From positions 1-56,050 of the forward strand of contig JANLSA010000450.1 in NCBI GenBank assembly GCA_031362085.1: a stretch of DNA of 56,050 nt, in the 5' to 3' direction. The DNA is from Bacteroidota bacterium (GTDB taxonomy: Bacteria; Bacteroidota; Bacteroidia; Chitinophagales; Chitinophagaceae). The stretch's first letter is position 1, and each line of letters starts with the position of its first letter. The position numbers and the translations under genes were made by a program. This document shows, piece by piece, positions 28,636-37,755 of the stretch. The notes beneath the pieces were generated by a model. The model did no database searches. It was not told the origin of the DNA and saw only the letters and a program-made list of their open reading frames with translations.

Positions 28636-31600
28636 TTACTCAATTTTTTTATAATCCTTAAACAAATTCACTTTAGTTCCTTCCACCTGTTGGCGATAAG
28701 CTGCCCATTTTACAGTATAGAAAGTATTTATTTTTTCAAGAATATCTTTTACTGCTTTCTCAGCATTATTAATTAATGTTTCTACCTGAGATCCCGGAGC
28801 TACTTGTTTACTGCCGATAGATTGTTGTGCTGTTTGCAATGCTGTCATTACGGTTATTTCAAACGGACTTCTTGACAATCCCTGTTTATCGCTTGTTTTT
28901 CCATTTATCAATTCACGTATTGTTTTTATTTCATCCTGAAGTTTAGTTGTTGTTTTTCTTAATGAATCAATTTCTTTTCCTTCAACACCTTTTAGCTGTG
29001 TTTGCATTTTAGTTAGTAATTCATCGCTTTCTGTAAGTTGATCCATTCCAGTTGTTAATTTATCTGCAGCCTTTTTTAATCGATCATACATTTTACGTTG
29101 AGCCAATTTTATATCATTCCGATTTCCCAACCGTGGGTCATCTTTTACATTTATTAAAGTAGAATCAGAACTTCTCGAGTAGGTCATTACTAATTTATAG
29201 GTGCCCGGTAAAACGGTAAATCCTCCCGGCTCTGGTGCACCCGGTAATGGTTTTGGTGAGCCCGGCTGACGAAATCCTTTTTCTTCCATGCCCCAATAAT
29301 TTCTATTAAAGCCTGAATCTACTGACCAGCGTAATGTTCTTATTAATTCATTATTTGAATTATAAATTCTAACCATTGCGCTATCGGTTCTTCTGCCCCC
29401 ACCCGGCCCGCCTTGACCAGATCCACCACCTCCAAAACCACCTCGTCCTCCACCACCGCGGTTTCCACCACCTTGTTGCCCTGCTACAGGTTGTTCAGCA
29501 GTAGCGGGAGTAGTTTGTTGTTTAGCAGCAGTATCTTGTTTTGGTTTATTTATAAAAAAAGAAACAGATGCCCCTCGTTTTCTATTTTCGGCATCATATA
29601 AACCATAAGTACTCCACTCATATCCTGTTGCCGCTTTGTATTGTGCTTGTATTGCATCTGGAGATGTAAATAAAGTAACCGGGTTTGTAAATTTCATTCC
29701 TTTATTTGCTGCCACTTTTCTTAGCGGACGAATATCATCCAATACCCATAATGCTCTGCCAAATGTTGCAATCACTAAATCAGCTTCACGTTCTTGTATG
29801 GCAAAATCAAAAGTAGAAACCGAAGGATAACCATTTTTAAATTGTTCAAACGAATTTCCATTGTCAAAACTTATCCATAAACCATTTTCGGTACCAACAA
29901 ATATTAAATTTGGTTCAGTTGGATCCTGTTGCACACAAAGAGCATAACCCTTTACTTTATTTTCATCAATCATTCTTGTCCATGTTTTGCCATAATCTGT
30001 TGTACGAAAAATATAAGGTTTCATATCGCCACGTCTGTAATCGTTGGCTACAACAAAAGCTTCACCTGCATTATATACAGATGCTTTTACCTGTGGAGTC
30101 CAGCAACCTGTTGGCATTCCGGGAATTTTTCCACGGAAGCTTGTCCATGTTTTTCCACCATCTCTTGTCAGTTGTACATTGCCATCATCGGTGCTTACCC
30201 AAATCGTTCCCTGTTCTTTTGCTGATGGTTCAATTGAAAGAATACTGCAATGTGTTTCTGCTCCTGTAATATCTAATGTTAATCCACCCGTATTTTGAAA
30301 GGCGGCAATTTTTATTGAATCATTGGAAGTAAGATCAGGTGATATAATTTCCCAGGTCACACCTTTATCATTACTCTTATGTACGTATTGACTGCCGAAA
30401 TAAATTGTTTTTTTATCAAAAGGATCTTGTGCAATAGCAGAGTTCCAGTTAAAACGTAATTTAATTGTTGGATCTAATGCCGGCGGTTTTATAAACCAAC
30501 TTTCACCTGTTTTCCAATTTCTTCTACCTACACTTCCACCCTGGCTCTGACTATAAACCCAACTTGCATCTTCCGGATCGGTCATTGCATCAAAACCATC
30601 GCCACCACCTATGTTGTTCCAATAATAATTTCGAATGCCACCATTTGTCCAGGTGTAAGCAGGTCCGAGCCAGCTACCATTATCCTGCATACCGCCCATT
30701 ACATTGTACGGAATTTCATTGTCAACATTTACATGATAAAATTGACCCACTGGAATTTTTTCATCAAACACCCATATTTTACCCCGATCTCTTGAAATGC
30801 CGATACCGCCATCATTACCTTCAATAATCAGGTTTGCATCTTCGGGATTAATCCACCATGCATGATGATCCGGATGAATTCCTGAATAGGGAATCATTGT
30901 TGAAAACGATTTACCTCCATCTTCACTAAATGTGATGGTTGAATGCACATCATAAATCCGGGTTTCATTTTTTGGATCTACATAAATTTCCTGGTAATAA
31001 AAAGGCCGATCTGTTATTTGAGCCGCATCACTGTTAACCAATGTCCATTTAAAACCACCATCTTCACTTTTATACAAACCATTTTTTGTTGCTTCTATTT
31101 TTGCATATACCCGGCTTGGCATACTGCGGCTAAAAGCAACACCGATTCTTCCCAATTGCCCATCGGGCATTCCATCATCTTTGCTTAACTGCTTCCAGTT
31201 TTTACCACCATCTACTGTAATAAATAAACCGCTCCCTCTACCACCGCTTTTTAAATCCCATGGTGTTCTTCTGAATTGCCACATGGCAGCTATCAGTTTA
31301 TTGGGATTGGATGGATCCATAATTAAATCGGCACAACCAGTAGTATCATTTGCATACAAAATTTTATTCCAGGTTTCTCCGCCATCGGTTGTTTTAAAAA
31401 CGCCCCGATCAGGATGCTCTGCATAAGGATTACCAATTGCTGCTGCATACACGGTATTGGGATTTGTTGGGTCAATCACTACACGATGAATACAAATGGT
31501 TTTATCCAGCCCCATCTTCTTCCACGATTTACCTGCATCCAAACTTTTATAAATGCCACCCCCAAGATTCAATGAGTTTCTTGGATTGCCTTCACCCGTA

Positions 31601-31932
31601 CCCACCCAAACAACCGACGGATTGGATTGCTGTATAGCAATAGAACCAATATTCTGAATTGGCTGTTCATCAAATACAGGTGTCCATGATTGTCCACTGT
31701 TTTCTGTTTTCCATACACCACCACTTGCTGCGCCAACATATACAATATTTGGATTGGCTACCACTGCATCAATAGAAGTGATACGGCCGCTCATACCGGC
31801 GGGTCCGATATTGCGGGGCTTAAGATTTTTAAATTGATCAAGAGAAACCTGCCTGCCGGCAGGCAGGTCTTTTTGTGCTGGAATAAAAAGGCATAGAAAT
31901 AATGCCGGTACCAATGAAAATAGTTTTCTCAT
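28636..31932 (-). CDS. Sortilin/VPS10-like BNR (Asp-box) repeat protein, secreted
   Basis: Repeated Asp-boxes (TENSGQSW, SLDAGKSW, TTDGGETW, TVDGGKNW, SEDGGFKW, TRDGGKTW, TTDYGKTW). The ATG at 31932 (MRKLFSLVPALFL) gives a signal peptide; the ORF is open to 31986. Confidence 0.85.
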   Translation of the reverse strand: MRKLFSLVPALFLCLFIPAQKDLPAGRQVSLDQFKNLKPRNIGPAGMSGRITSIDAVVANPNIVYVGAASGGVWKTENSGQSWTPVFDEQPIQNIGSIAIQQSNPSVVWVGTGEGNPRNSLNLGGGIYKSLDAGKSWKKMGLDKTICIHRVVIDPTNPNTVYAAAIGNPYAEHPDRGVFKTTDGGETWNKILYANDTTGCADLIMDPSNPNKLIAAMWQFRRTPWDLKSGGRGSGLFITVDGGKNWKQLSKDDGMPDGQLGRIGVAFSRSMPSRVYAKIEATKNGLYKSEDGGFKWTLVNSDAAQITDRPFYYQEIYVDPKNETRIYDVHSTITFSEDGGKSFSTMIPYSGIHPDHHAWWINPEDANLIIEGNDGGIGISRDRGKIWVFDEKIPVGQFYHVNVDNEIPYNVMGGMQDNGSWLGPAYTWTNGGIRNYYWNNIGGGDGFDAMTDPEDASWVYSQSQGGSVGRRNWKTGESWFIKPPALDPTIKLRFNWNSAIAQDPFDKKTIYFGSQYVHKSNDKGVTWEIISPDLTSNDSIKIAAFQNTGGLTLDITGAETHCSILSIEPSAKEQGTIWVSTDDGNVQLTRDGGKTWTSFRGKIPGMPTGCWTPQVKASVYNAGEAFVVANDYRRGDMKPYIFRTTDYGKTWTRMIDENKVKGYALCVQQDPTEPNLIFVGTENGLWISFDNGNSFEQFKNGYPSVSTFDFAIQEREADLVIATFGRALWVLDDIRPLRKVAANKGMKFTNPVTLFTSPDAIQAQYKAATGYEWSTYGLYDAENRKRGASVSFFINKPKQDTAAKQQTTPATAEQPVAGQQGGGNRGGGGRGGFGGGGSGQGGPGGGRRTDSAMVRIYNSNNELIRTLRWSVDSGFNRNYWGMEEKGFRQPGSPKPLPGAPEPGGFTVLPGTYKLVMTYSRSSDSTLINVKDDPRLGNRNDIKLAQRKMYDRLKKAADKLTTGMDQLTESDELLTKMQTQLKGVEGKEIDSLRKTTTKLQDEIKTIRELINGKTSDKQGLSRSPFEITVMTALQTAQQSIGSKQVAPGSQVETLINNAEKAVKDILEKINTFYTVKWAAYRQQVEGTKVNLFKDYKKIE
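31847..31868. repeat. 22-nt perfect GC-rich palindrome, copy 2, in frame inside the sortilin-like CDS
   Basis: acctgcctgccggcaggcaggt is identical to 22546-22567. It encodes DLPAGRQV just after the signal peptide. Confidence 0.85.
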
Positions 31933-32083
31933 ATATGTGTTTTGTTTTTGGAACGCTAAACTTACTGATAAGATGCGGAGCAGCAAAAATTGTTTGGGTC
32001 AGGGGTGAATATGGGGGAGTAGTGGAAACAAAGAACCCCTCTTGTTTTAAGAAGGATTCTTTGCAAATTAAATAAGTATTTTA

Positions 32084-32611
32084 TTATTCATATTTAAAAA
32101 TGGAGTCAATTTTTTCACTGATTCTGATAGCAGTTGTATCCTTATTTGACCCAATTAACTTAAACTCATCTTCATTTTTTAAAACTAGGATTATGTAATA
32201 TCTTCTATATGCCATCCAAAAACCACCTGAGTAATAATTTGACTTAGCAGAGATTTTTTGCACTTCATCAAAATCTATTACTTTTTTCTTTTTAAAAGGA
32301 GACAAAAAAATATTTGGATAAACTGTAATTTTCCTTTGTTTAATATCAATATGAACTGTATTGTAAGTTCGTAATTCTGAGATAATAAAAAAAACCATTA
32401 CTCCAACAAGTAAAAAGAAAATAAGATTTATTGTTGTTTCATTTTGAAAAGTAAGTCCATAAGCCGAGACAAAAATTCCCACAAAATTCATTAAAAAAGA
32501 ATAACTAAAATAATATGGTTGAATTATGACGAGCTCATTTTTGATTTTTATTTTTGGATCAAATGTTTTTAATTCTTTAAACTCGTCAAGTTTTTCTTGA
32601 AATTCGGTCAT
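32084..32611 (-). CDS. Hypothetical membrane protein (two TM helices plus a soluble C-terminal domain)
   Basis: The ORF has hydrophobic segments FVGIFVSAYGL and LIFFLLVGVMVFFII. Visibly more AT-rich than its neighbours. No recognisable family. Confidence 0.55.
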   Translation of the reverse strand: MTEFQEKLDEFKELKTFDPKIKIKNELVIIQPYYFSYSFLMNFVGIFVSAYGLTFQNETTINLIFFLLVGVMVFFIISELRTYNTVHIDIKQRKITVYPNIFLSPFKKKKVIDFDEVQKISAKSNYYSGGFWMAYRRYYIILVLKNEDEFKLIGSNKDTTAIRISEKIDSIFKYE

Positions 32612-32700
32612 TGTAAAAATTTGATTTCTGAGATCAAATATCAGAAACAAAAGCCATTCTCATCACAAGAATAGCGTTTGCTCATTATATAAGAAATTTA

Positions 32701-35553
32701 TCAAAATGCTTTCAATGTCTTCACTTCCTGTTTTACATCCGAGCTTTCTGGATACAAAACAAATTTTACCATATTGTTTAAAGTAAGATACTTTTTAGCT
32801 GCGGATTGAACTCGTTCTACTGTCAACTCATCAACCTTTTGTTCATAATCTAAAATATTTTCAGGATTGTTTTGATCTATAAATGCAGTTGATAGCCCGG
32901 TAAGCCAGTAATCATTGCTTTGCAGATTAACATGATATTGTTTTTTCCATGTCTCTTTTACCTTATCCAAATCTTTCTGTTCGATACCTTTTTCCTGTGC
33001 ATCTTTTATCAAATTGATCAATGCTGTTGTAAGCTTTTCTACATTTTCAGGACCGCAGGGCATTGTGGCTACAATATTATAATGTGAATAGGGCCTTTTA
33101 ATAATTGAGCCGCCCATGCCTCCGCCATAAATACCGCTCATTTCTTCACGCAGTTTTTCAATGATTCGGATATTCATTACTTCCATCAATGCAGCAAGAT
33201 TCATATTTTCTTCGCGGCTATATTCTGTTTCGCCTTCAAATTGTAAGTTGATATAACTTTGTTTTTCTTTTCCACGTTTTAAATTTCCTTCCGTAAATCC
33301 TTTTATCAAACGGATTCCATTGTCTTTATATTTATTTTCTTTTGGTGTGGCTGGTAAAGAACCAATGTATTTTTCTAATAGCGGTTTCGCAGCATTTACA
33401 TCTATATTACCTACAAAGGTGAAGTGCATGCCATAGGCATTTCCGAAAATAGTTTTATAAATTTCAAATGTCCTGTCGAGGTTTATTTTATCAAAATCTT
33501 CTGAAGCAGGTACACCATCTGCCCAGGGGTTATTATTGTATTTTATTTTACTCATCGTATCCTGGTACCATGCCTGTGGATTTTGTTTCAGAAACTGAAG
33601 CTGAGCTTTGTTGCCCGAAATAAATGCTTTGAATAAACTTTCATCTTTTCGTGGCGATGTAAAATAAAGATTGAGCAATTGCATATATGTCTCAAAATCT
33701 TTTACACTACTTCTTCCTTCAATTCCTTCATCATGCGTATTTAAATAAGGGGTTACAGAAAGTGTTTTACCCGACAAAAATTTTTGAAGATCTGTCGGCG
33801 ACATATCTTTTACTCCCATCTGATCTGCAATGGTGGCAGCATATTGAGCATTAAATTTATCAGCAATATCAAAATTATGATAACCACCCCAACGCCAGGC
33901 ATCCATTTGTATTTCATCATTTTTAAAAGTTGTTGGCTTAATCGTTATCGTAACACCATTGCTTAATGTAAGGTTAGTCGTTCCTAATTTTTCGTTTTTT
34001 GTTTCAGCCGTAATTTTTCCAGCTTTCATTTCAGCATTACCTAATGATGATGCAACCGCTTTTTCTTCATAAGCTTTTACCGGTTTTAATGTAGCTGCAA
34101 TCACCGATTTTAAAAAAGTAGTATTATCGGGCAGCTTATCTTTCATATTGGCAGGAGCCTGAATCATGGCAAATGCATTGTTTGCTGAGGGCATTTTTTT
34201 AGCAATGGCATTTATTTCTCCAAGTGTTACGGTTGGTAAAATTTGTTGCAAAAATTTATATCGATGTTCCGGACCAGTTATAGGTGAGCCCTGTAAAAAA
34301 TTATTTACATAGCCTGAAACAATTTGCCCCGATTGCGATTTATCCTTTTCATTAAATGCTTTTTCTGCTCCATTTAACAAGCTGGCTTTTGCCCGGTCCA
34401 TTTCTGTTTTTAAAAAACCATAAAGCCTTGCACGGTTTGTTTCAGCCATCAATGCATCGATTGCTTCCTGGGCAGAACCTTCTCCGAGAACTGCAACCGA
34501 ATTGAATGTAGTATATCCGCGGATAAATTGCTGGCTACCTGTATTGGCAAAAAGAAAAGGAGGGTTTTCTTTTTGTGTCAATTCTGACAACCGCTGATTA
34601 ATAAGCGAACTCACCAATCCTTCAACAATTGATTCACGATAAGCAGCCCAGGTATTAATTTTTTTTGCAGGCTTGATAAAATTATAAATCTGAATTACGG
34701 TATTCGTCATCTCATCATCCGAAACAATTAATCCTTCCGGTGAGGTTCTTTGTTTAATGGGAATAATAGCCGGACGAACCGGAGCATTTGCCGGGTCTTT
34801 AAACTTTCCAAAATGCTCAATGATTTTCTTTTCTGCTTCTGCGGGGTCAATATCGCCAACAACAATTACAGCCATCAAACTTGGGCGGTACCAGTTTTTA
34901 TAAAAACTTTTAAGTGTTTCATGTTTAAAATTTTTCAACACATCATCTTTTCCAATAGGTAACCGGTCAGCATATTTTGATCCGTTAAACAATTTTGGAA
35001 AATACTGACGACTCATTCTTTCAAATGATCCTTTGCTCAATCTCGATTCTTCCAGTACCACACCTCTTTCTTTTTCCACTTCAGCTTTGTCAAATAAATT
35101 ATTGAATGCCCAGTCTTCTAAAACGGTAAATCCTTTTTCTACCATTCCAGGATCTTCGGTTGGTACGGGTAAAATATAAACGGTTTCATCAAAACCTGTG
35201 TAAGCATTCAGGTCGGCGCCGAACTTCACGCCGCTTTTTTGTAAAAAATCAACTAACTCATTTTTAGGAAAATTCTTTGAGCCATTAAACCCCATATGCT
35301 CCATAAAATGTGCAAGGCCCCGCTGGTTATCATTTTCTAAAACAGACCCGGCATTTACAGCCAGACGCAGTTCCACTTTTTTTTCAGGCTTTATATTTTT
35401 ACGGATATAATAAGTAAGCCCATTGGATAATTTTCCAATTTTTACATTCGGGTCTGCAGGCAATTTGTCTGTTAGTTTGTATTGAGCTGAAAGCTGAAAA
35501 CAAAAAAGGAGAATAAATAAAACCGGGCCAATTGATTTTTTGATAAGATTCAT
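32701..35553 (-). CDS. M16 (insulinase/pitrilysin) family zinc peptidase, secreted
   Basis: Inverted zinc motif HFMEHMGFNGS (HxxEH), a signal peptide, and a 950-aa double-M16 architecture. Confidence 0.9.
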   Translation of the reverse strand: MNLIKKSIGPVLFILLFCFQLSAQYKLTDKLPADPNVKIGKLSNGLTYYIRKNIKPEKKVELRLAVNAGSVLENDNQRGLAHFMEHMGFNGSKNFPKNELVDFLQKSGVKFGADLNAYTGFDETVYILPVPTEDPGMVEKGFTVLEDWAFNNLFDKAEVEKERGVVLEESRLSKGSFERMSRQYFPKLFNGSKYADRLPIGKDDVLKNFKHETLKSFYKNWYRPSLMAVIVVGDIDPAEAEKKIIEHFGKFKDPANAPVRPAIIPIKQRTSPEGLIVSDDEMTNTVIQIYNFIKPAKKINTWAAYRESIVEGLVSSLINQRLSELTQKENPPFLFANTGSQQFIRGYTTFNSVAVLGEGSAQEAIDALMAETNRARLYGFLKTEMDRAKASLLNGAEKAFNEKDKSQSGQIVSGYVNNFLQGSPITGPEHRYKFLQQILPTVTLGEINAIAKKMPSANNAFAMIQAPANMKDKLPDNTTFLKSVIAATLKPVKAYEEKAVASSLGNAEMKAGKITAETKNEKLGTTNLTLSNGVTITIKPTTFKNDEIQMDAWRWGGYHNFDIADKFNAQYAATIADQMGVKDMSPTDLQKFLSGKTLSVTPYLNTHDEGIEGRSSVKDFETYMQLLNLYFTSPRKDESLFKAFISGNKAQLQFLKQNPQAWYQDTMSKIKYNNNPWADGVPASEDFDKINLDRTFEIYKTIFGNAYGMHFTFVGNIDVNAAKPLLEKYIGSLPATPKENKYKDNGIRLIKGFTEGNLKRGKEKQSYINLQFEGETEYSREENMNLAALMEVMNIRIIEKLREEMSGIYGGGMGGSIIKRPYSHYNIVATMPCGPENVEKLTTALINLIKDAQEKGIEQKDLDKVKETWKKQYHVNLQSNDYWLTGLSTAFIDQNNPENILDYEQKVDELTVERVQSAAKKYLTLNNMVKFVLYPESSDVKQEVKTLKAF

Positions 35554-35599
35554 AATGATTTTTTTTGAGGCGATAAATTTAAACGCATTTCTGCGTTAA

Positions 35600-35639
35600 G
35601 AAAAATAAAAAACCCCTCTTTGTGATAAAAGGGGTTTTT
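35600..35639 (-). terminator. Rho-independent terminator of msrB
   Basis: Minus strand: aaaaacccc-(14 nt)-ggggtttttt followed by atttttc. Confidence 0.65.
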
Positions 35640-35664
35640 AAATTATGAATTTGATTAAAATTTA

Positions 35665-36243
35665 TTACTGTGGTTTTTCATTCTCTTTAAAATTCTTCTC
35701 AGCCTCTTTTGCTTTTTCAAAATCAAGGACAACACCATTTATACAAAACCGGAGCCCTGTTGGCGGCGGGCCATCATTAAACACATGACCTAAATGTGCT
35801 TTGCATCTTCCGCATTGTGTTTCTGTTCTTGTCATGCCATGTGTATTGTCGTCTGTATAGATAATGCTTGTTTTACTAAAGGGCTCATAAAAACTGGGCC
35901 AGCCACAACCGCTGTCAAATTTTGTATTGCTTTTAAACAAAGCGTTGCCACATGCAGCACAATAGTATGTTCCCGTATCAGAAAATTTTTCAAATTTACT
36001 CGTCCAGGGTCTTTCAGTACCTTTTAAACGGGCAATATTGTAAACTTCGTTCGGAAGAATCTTTTTCCATTCCTCTTCACTCATATTTACTTTAGAAGAA
36101 TCGGTTCTTGAATAAGCAGTATGCTTTTTATCATTGCTTTCCATAGATGTAGTTTTATTTTTTTCGCATGATGAATTTTGTGAGTAGCTGCATTGCTGAA
36201 AAAATCCGGCAATCAGAATAATAATTAAGTTCCCCTTTTTCAT
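35665..36243 (-). CDS. msrB: Peptide-methionine (R)-S-oxide reductase MsrB with N-terminal signal/lipoprotein extension
   Basis: CAACGNALF...GCGWPSF...CGRCKAHLGHVFNDGP. The ATG at 36243 (MKKGNLIIILIAG) is preferred. Confidence 0.88.
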   Translation of the reverse strand: MKKGNLIIILIAGFFQQCSYSQNSSCEKNKTTSMESNDKKHTAYSRTDSSKVNMSEEEWKKILPNEVYNIARLKGTERPWTSKFEKFSDTGTYYCAACGNALFKSNTKFDSGCGWPSFYEPFSKTSIIYTDDNTHGMTRTETQCGRCKAHLGHVFNDGPPPTGLRFCINGVVLDFEKAKEAEKNFKENEKPQ

Positions 36244-36342
36244 TTTCTTTTTAATTGGTGTAACAAATGTACGCAATCAAGTGCTTGGTGGTTTGTCGGC
36301 ACGTGGACATCTATCTATGGCTTAACATTCTATTTGCGAAGT

Positions 36343-36397
36343 ATGCCATACCTGCACGGCTTATTGCGTTAGAAATCGCTTTTATCAGGTATGGCAT
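36343..36397 (+). other. 12-bp perfect stem with 31-nt loop in the msrB/adk divergent intergenic region
   Basis: atgccatacctg (36343-36354) pairs exactly with caggtatggcat (36386-36397). Confidence 0.4.
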
Positions 36398-36493
36398 TCT
36401 AAACAAACAACTGTTTTCCCCGGCATTCTGCGGGGCTGGCATCTTTATTTTGCCAAACAATGGCTTGTTGTGAGATTATTAATAAGGGGTTAT

Positions 36494-36501
36494 TATATTT
36501 G
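36494..36501 (+). promoter_or_regulatory. TAnnTTTG -7 box upstream of adk
   Basis: tatatttg lies 27 nt upstream of the adk ATG. Confidence 0.5.
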
Positions 36502-36527
36502 TCGTTCACCTAAGGCTAGTCAGTTAC

Positions 36528-37106
36528 ATGTTCAATCTTATTTTATTTGGTCCGCCGGGAAGCGGTAAAGGCACACAGTCAGATAACCTGGTTGCGAAAT
36601 ATAAATTGGTTCATTTGTCAACTGGTAATTTGCTGCGTAGTGAAATAGCTGATAAAACGCCATTGGGTTTAGAAGCCAAGCAATTTATTGATAAAGGCAG
36701 GTTAGTACCAGATGAAGTAGTAATTGGTATGGTAGATTCTTTTTTTGATAAACATACAGAAGCAAATGGGTTTTTATTTGATGGATTTCCCCGTACCTCA
36801 GCACAAGCAATAGCATTAGATAAATTACTGGCATTAAAGAAAACTGAAATTTCGGCTGTGCTTTCATTAGAAGTAAATGAAGAAGAGTTGGTGCAACGAT
36901 TATTGAACCGTGGTAAAACATCCGGGAGAAGTGATGATACCAATGAAGATGTTATCCGGAAACGGTTTGATGTTTATCTGAAAGAAACCAGCCCCGTGGC
37001 TGACCATTATAAGAAAGCCGGAAAATTTAAAGTGATTGCCGGCGAGGGAACCGTGGATGAGATATTTGAAAGACTATCTGCAGCTATTCATAAAAAAATA
37101 AAATAA
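36528..37106 (+). CDS. adk: Adenylate kinase
   Basis: P-loop GPPGSGKGTQ and the GFLFDGFPRT motif; short lid variant. Confidence 0.95.
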   Translation: MFNLILFGPPGSGKGTQSDNLVAKYKLVHLSTGNLLRSEIADKTPLGLEAKQFIDKGRLVPDEVVIGMVDSFFDKHTEANGFLFDGFPRTSAQAIALDKLLALKKTEISAVLSLEVNEEELVQRLLNRGKTSGRSDDTNEDVIRKRFDVYLKETSPVADHYKKAGKFKVIAGEGTVDEIFERLSAAIHKKIK

Positions 37107-37129
37107 AATTTCAGTTTTAATTGTGTTTT

Positions 37130-37154
37130 GCTCTGCCGTTGGTAGAGCTTTTTT
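37130..37154 (+). terminator. Putative terminator after adk
   Basis: gctct-gccgttggt-agagc followed by ttttttg. Confidence 0.5.
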
Positions 37155-37203
37155 GTTTTGTTGATAATGTTTGTTGTAAACTTGCATCGATTATTACACA
37201 TAC

Positions 37204-37671
37204 ATGAGCCTCGAAAAAGAAAATTTTTTGCGTACTAAATTTATCCCGTTGCTTCAGCGGATAGATCCTGCTACTACCGGCAAATGGGGTAAAATGAGTT
37301 TGCAGCAGATGATAGAACATTTTGCCGATGTAATGATGATAGCTTCCGGTAAAATAAAATTGCAAACGGTTACTCCTTCCGACAAACTTCTGGCTTATAA
37401 AGAATTTTTACTGAGTGAAAAAAGATTTAAACAAAATACAAAGAGCCCGGTATTACCAACTGACCCGCCTCCATTACGCAGGAATACTACACAGGCTGCC
37501 ATCGGAAAGCTGAAAGAGGAGTTAATTACTTTTTTCGAAAATTTTGATAAAAACCCTGAATTGAAAACAATGAACCCGGTTTTTGGTGAATTGGACTTCG
37601 CAGAAAATATTCAATTGCTTTATAAACATGCTTTACATCACCTGAACCAGTTTGCCGTGGAGGTAATTTAA
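37204..37671 (+). CDS. DUF1569/DinB-like family protein
   Basis: GKWGKMSLQQMIEHF ... LLYKHALHHLNQF pattern. Confidence 0.65.
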   Translation: MSLEKENFLRTKFIPLLQRIDPATTGKWGKMSLQQMIEHFADVMMIASGKIKLQTVTPSDKLLAYKEFLLSEKRFKQNTKSPVLPTDPPPLRRNTTQAAIGKLKEELITFFENFDKNPELKTMNPVFGELDFAENIQLLYKHALHHLNQFAVEVI

Positions 37672-37692
37672 TTTTAAGACAGACTACTTTAC

Positions 37693-37724
37693 GAGCTTTC
37701 ATTTTTGAAAGCTCTTTTTATTTT
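37693..37724 (+). terminator. Rho-independent terminator
   Basis: gagctttc-attttt-gaaagctc followed by tttttatttt. Confidence 0.75.
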
Positions 37725-37755
37725 CGGCTACCTTTACAAAAACACTTGTTTGCCC

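Noticed and set aside
36267-36473. 68-aa ORF in the msrB/adk intergenic region.
   Set aside because: It is made up almost entirely of the hairpin arms, and its start overlaps the msrB upstream region. It is better explained as structured non-coding DNA.
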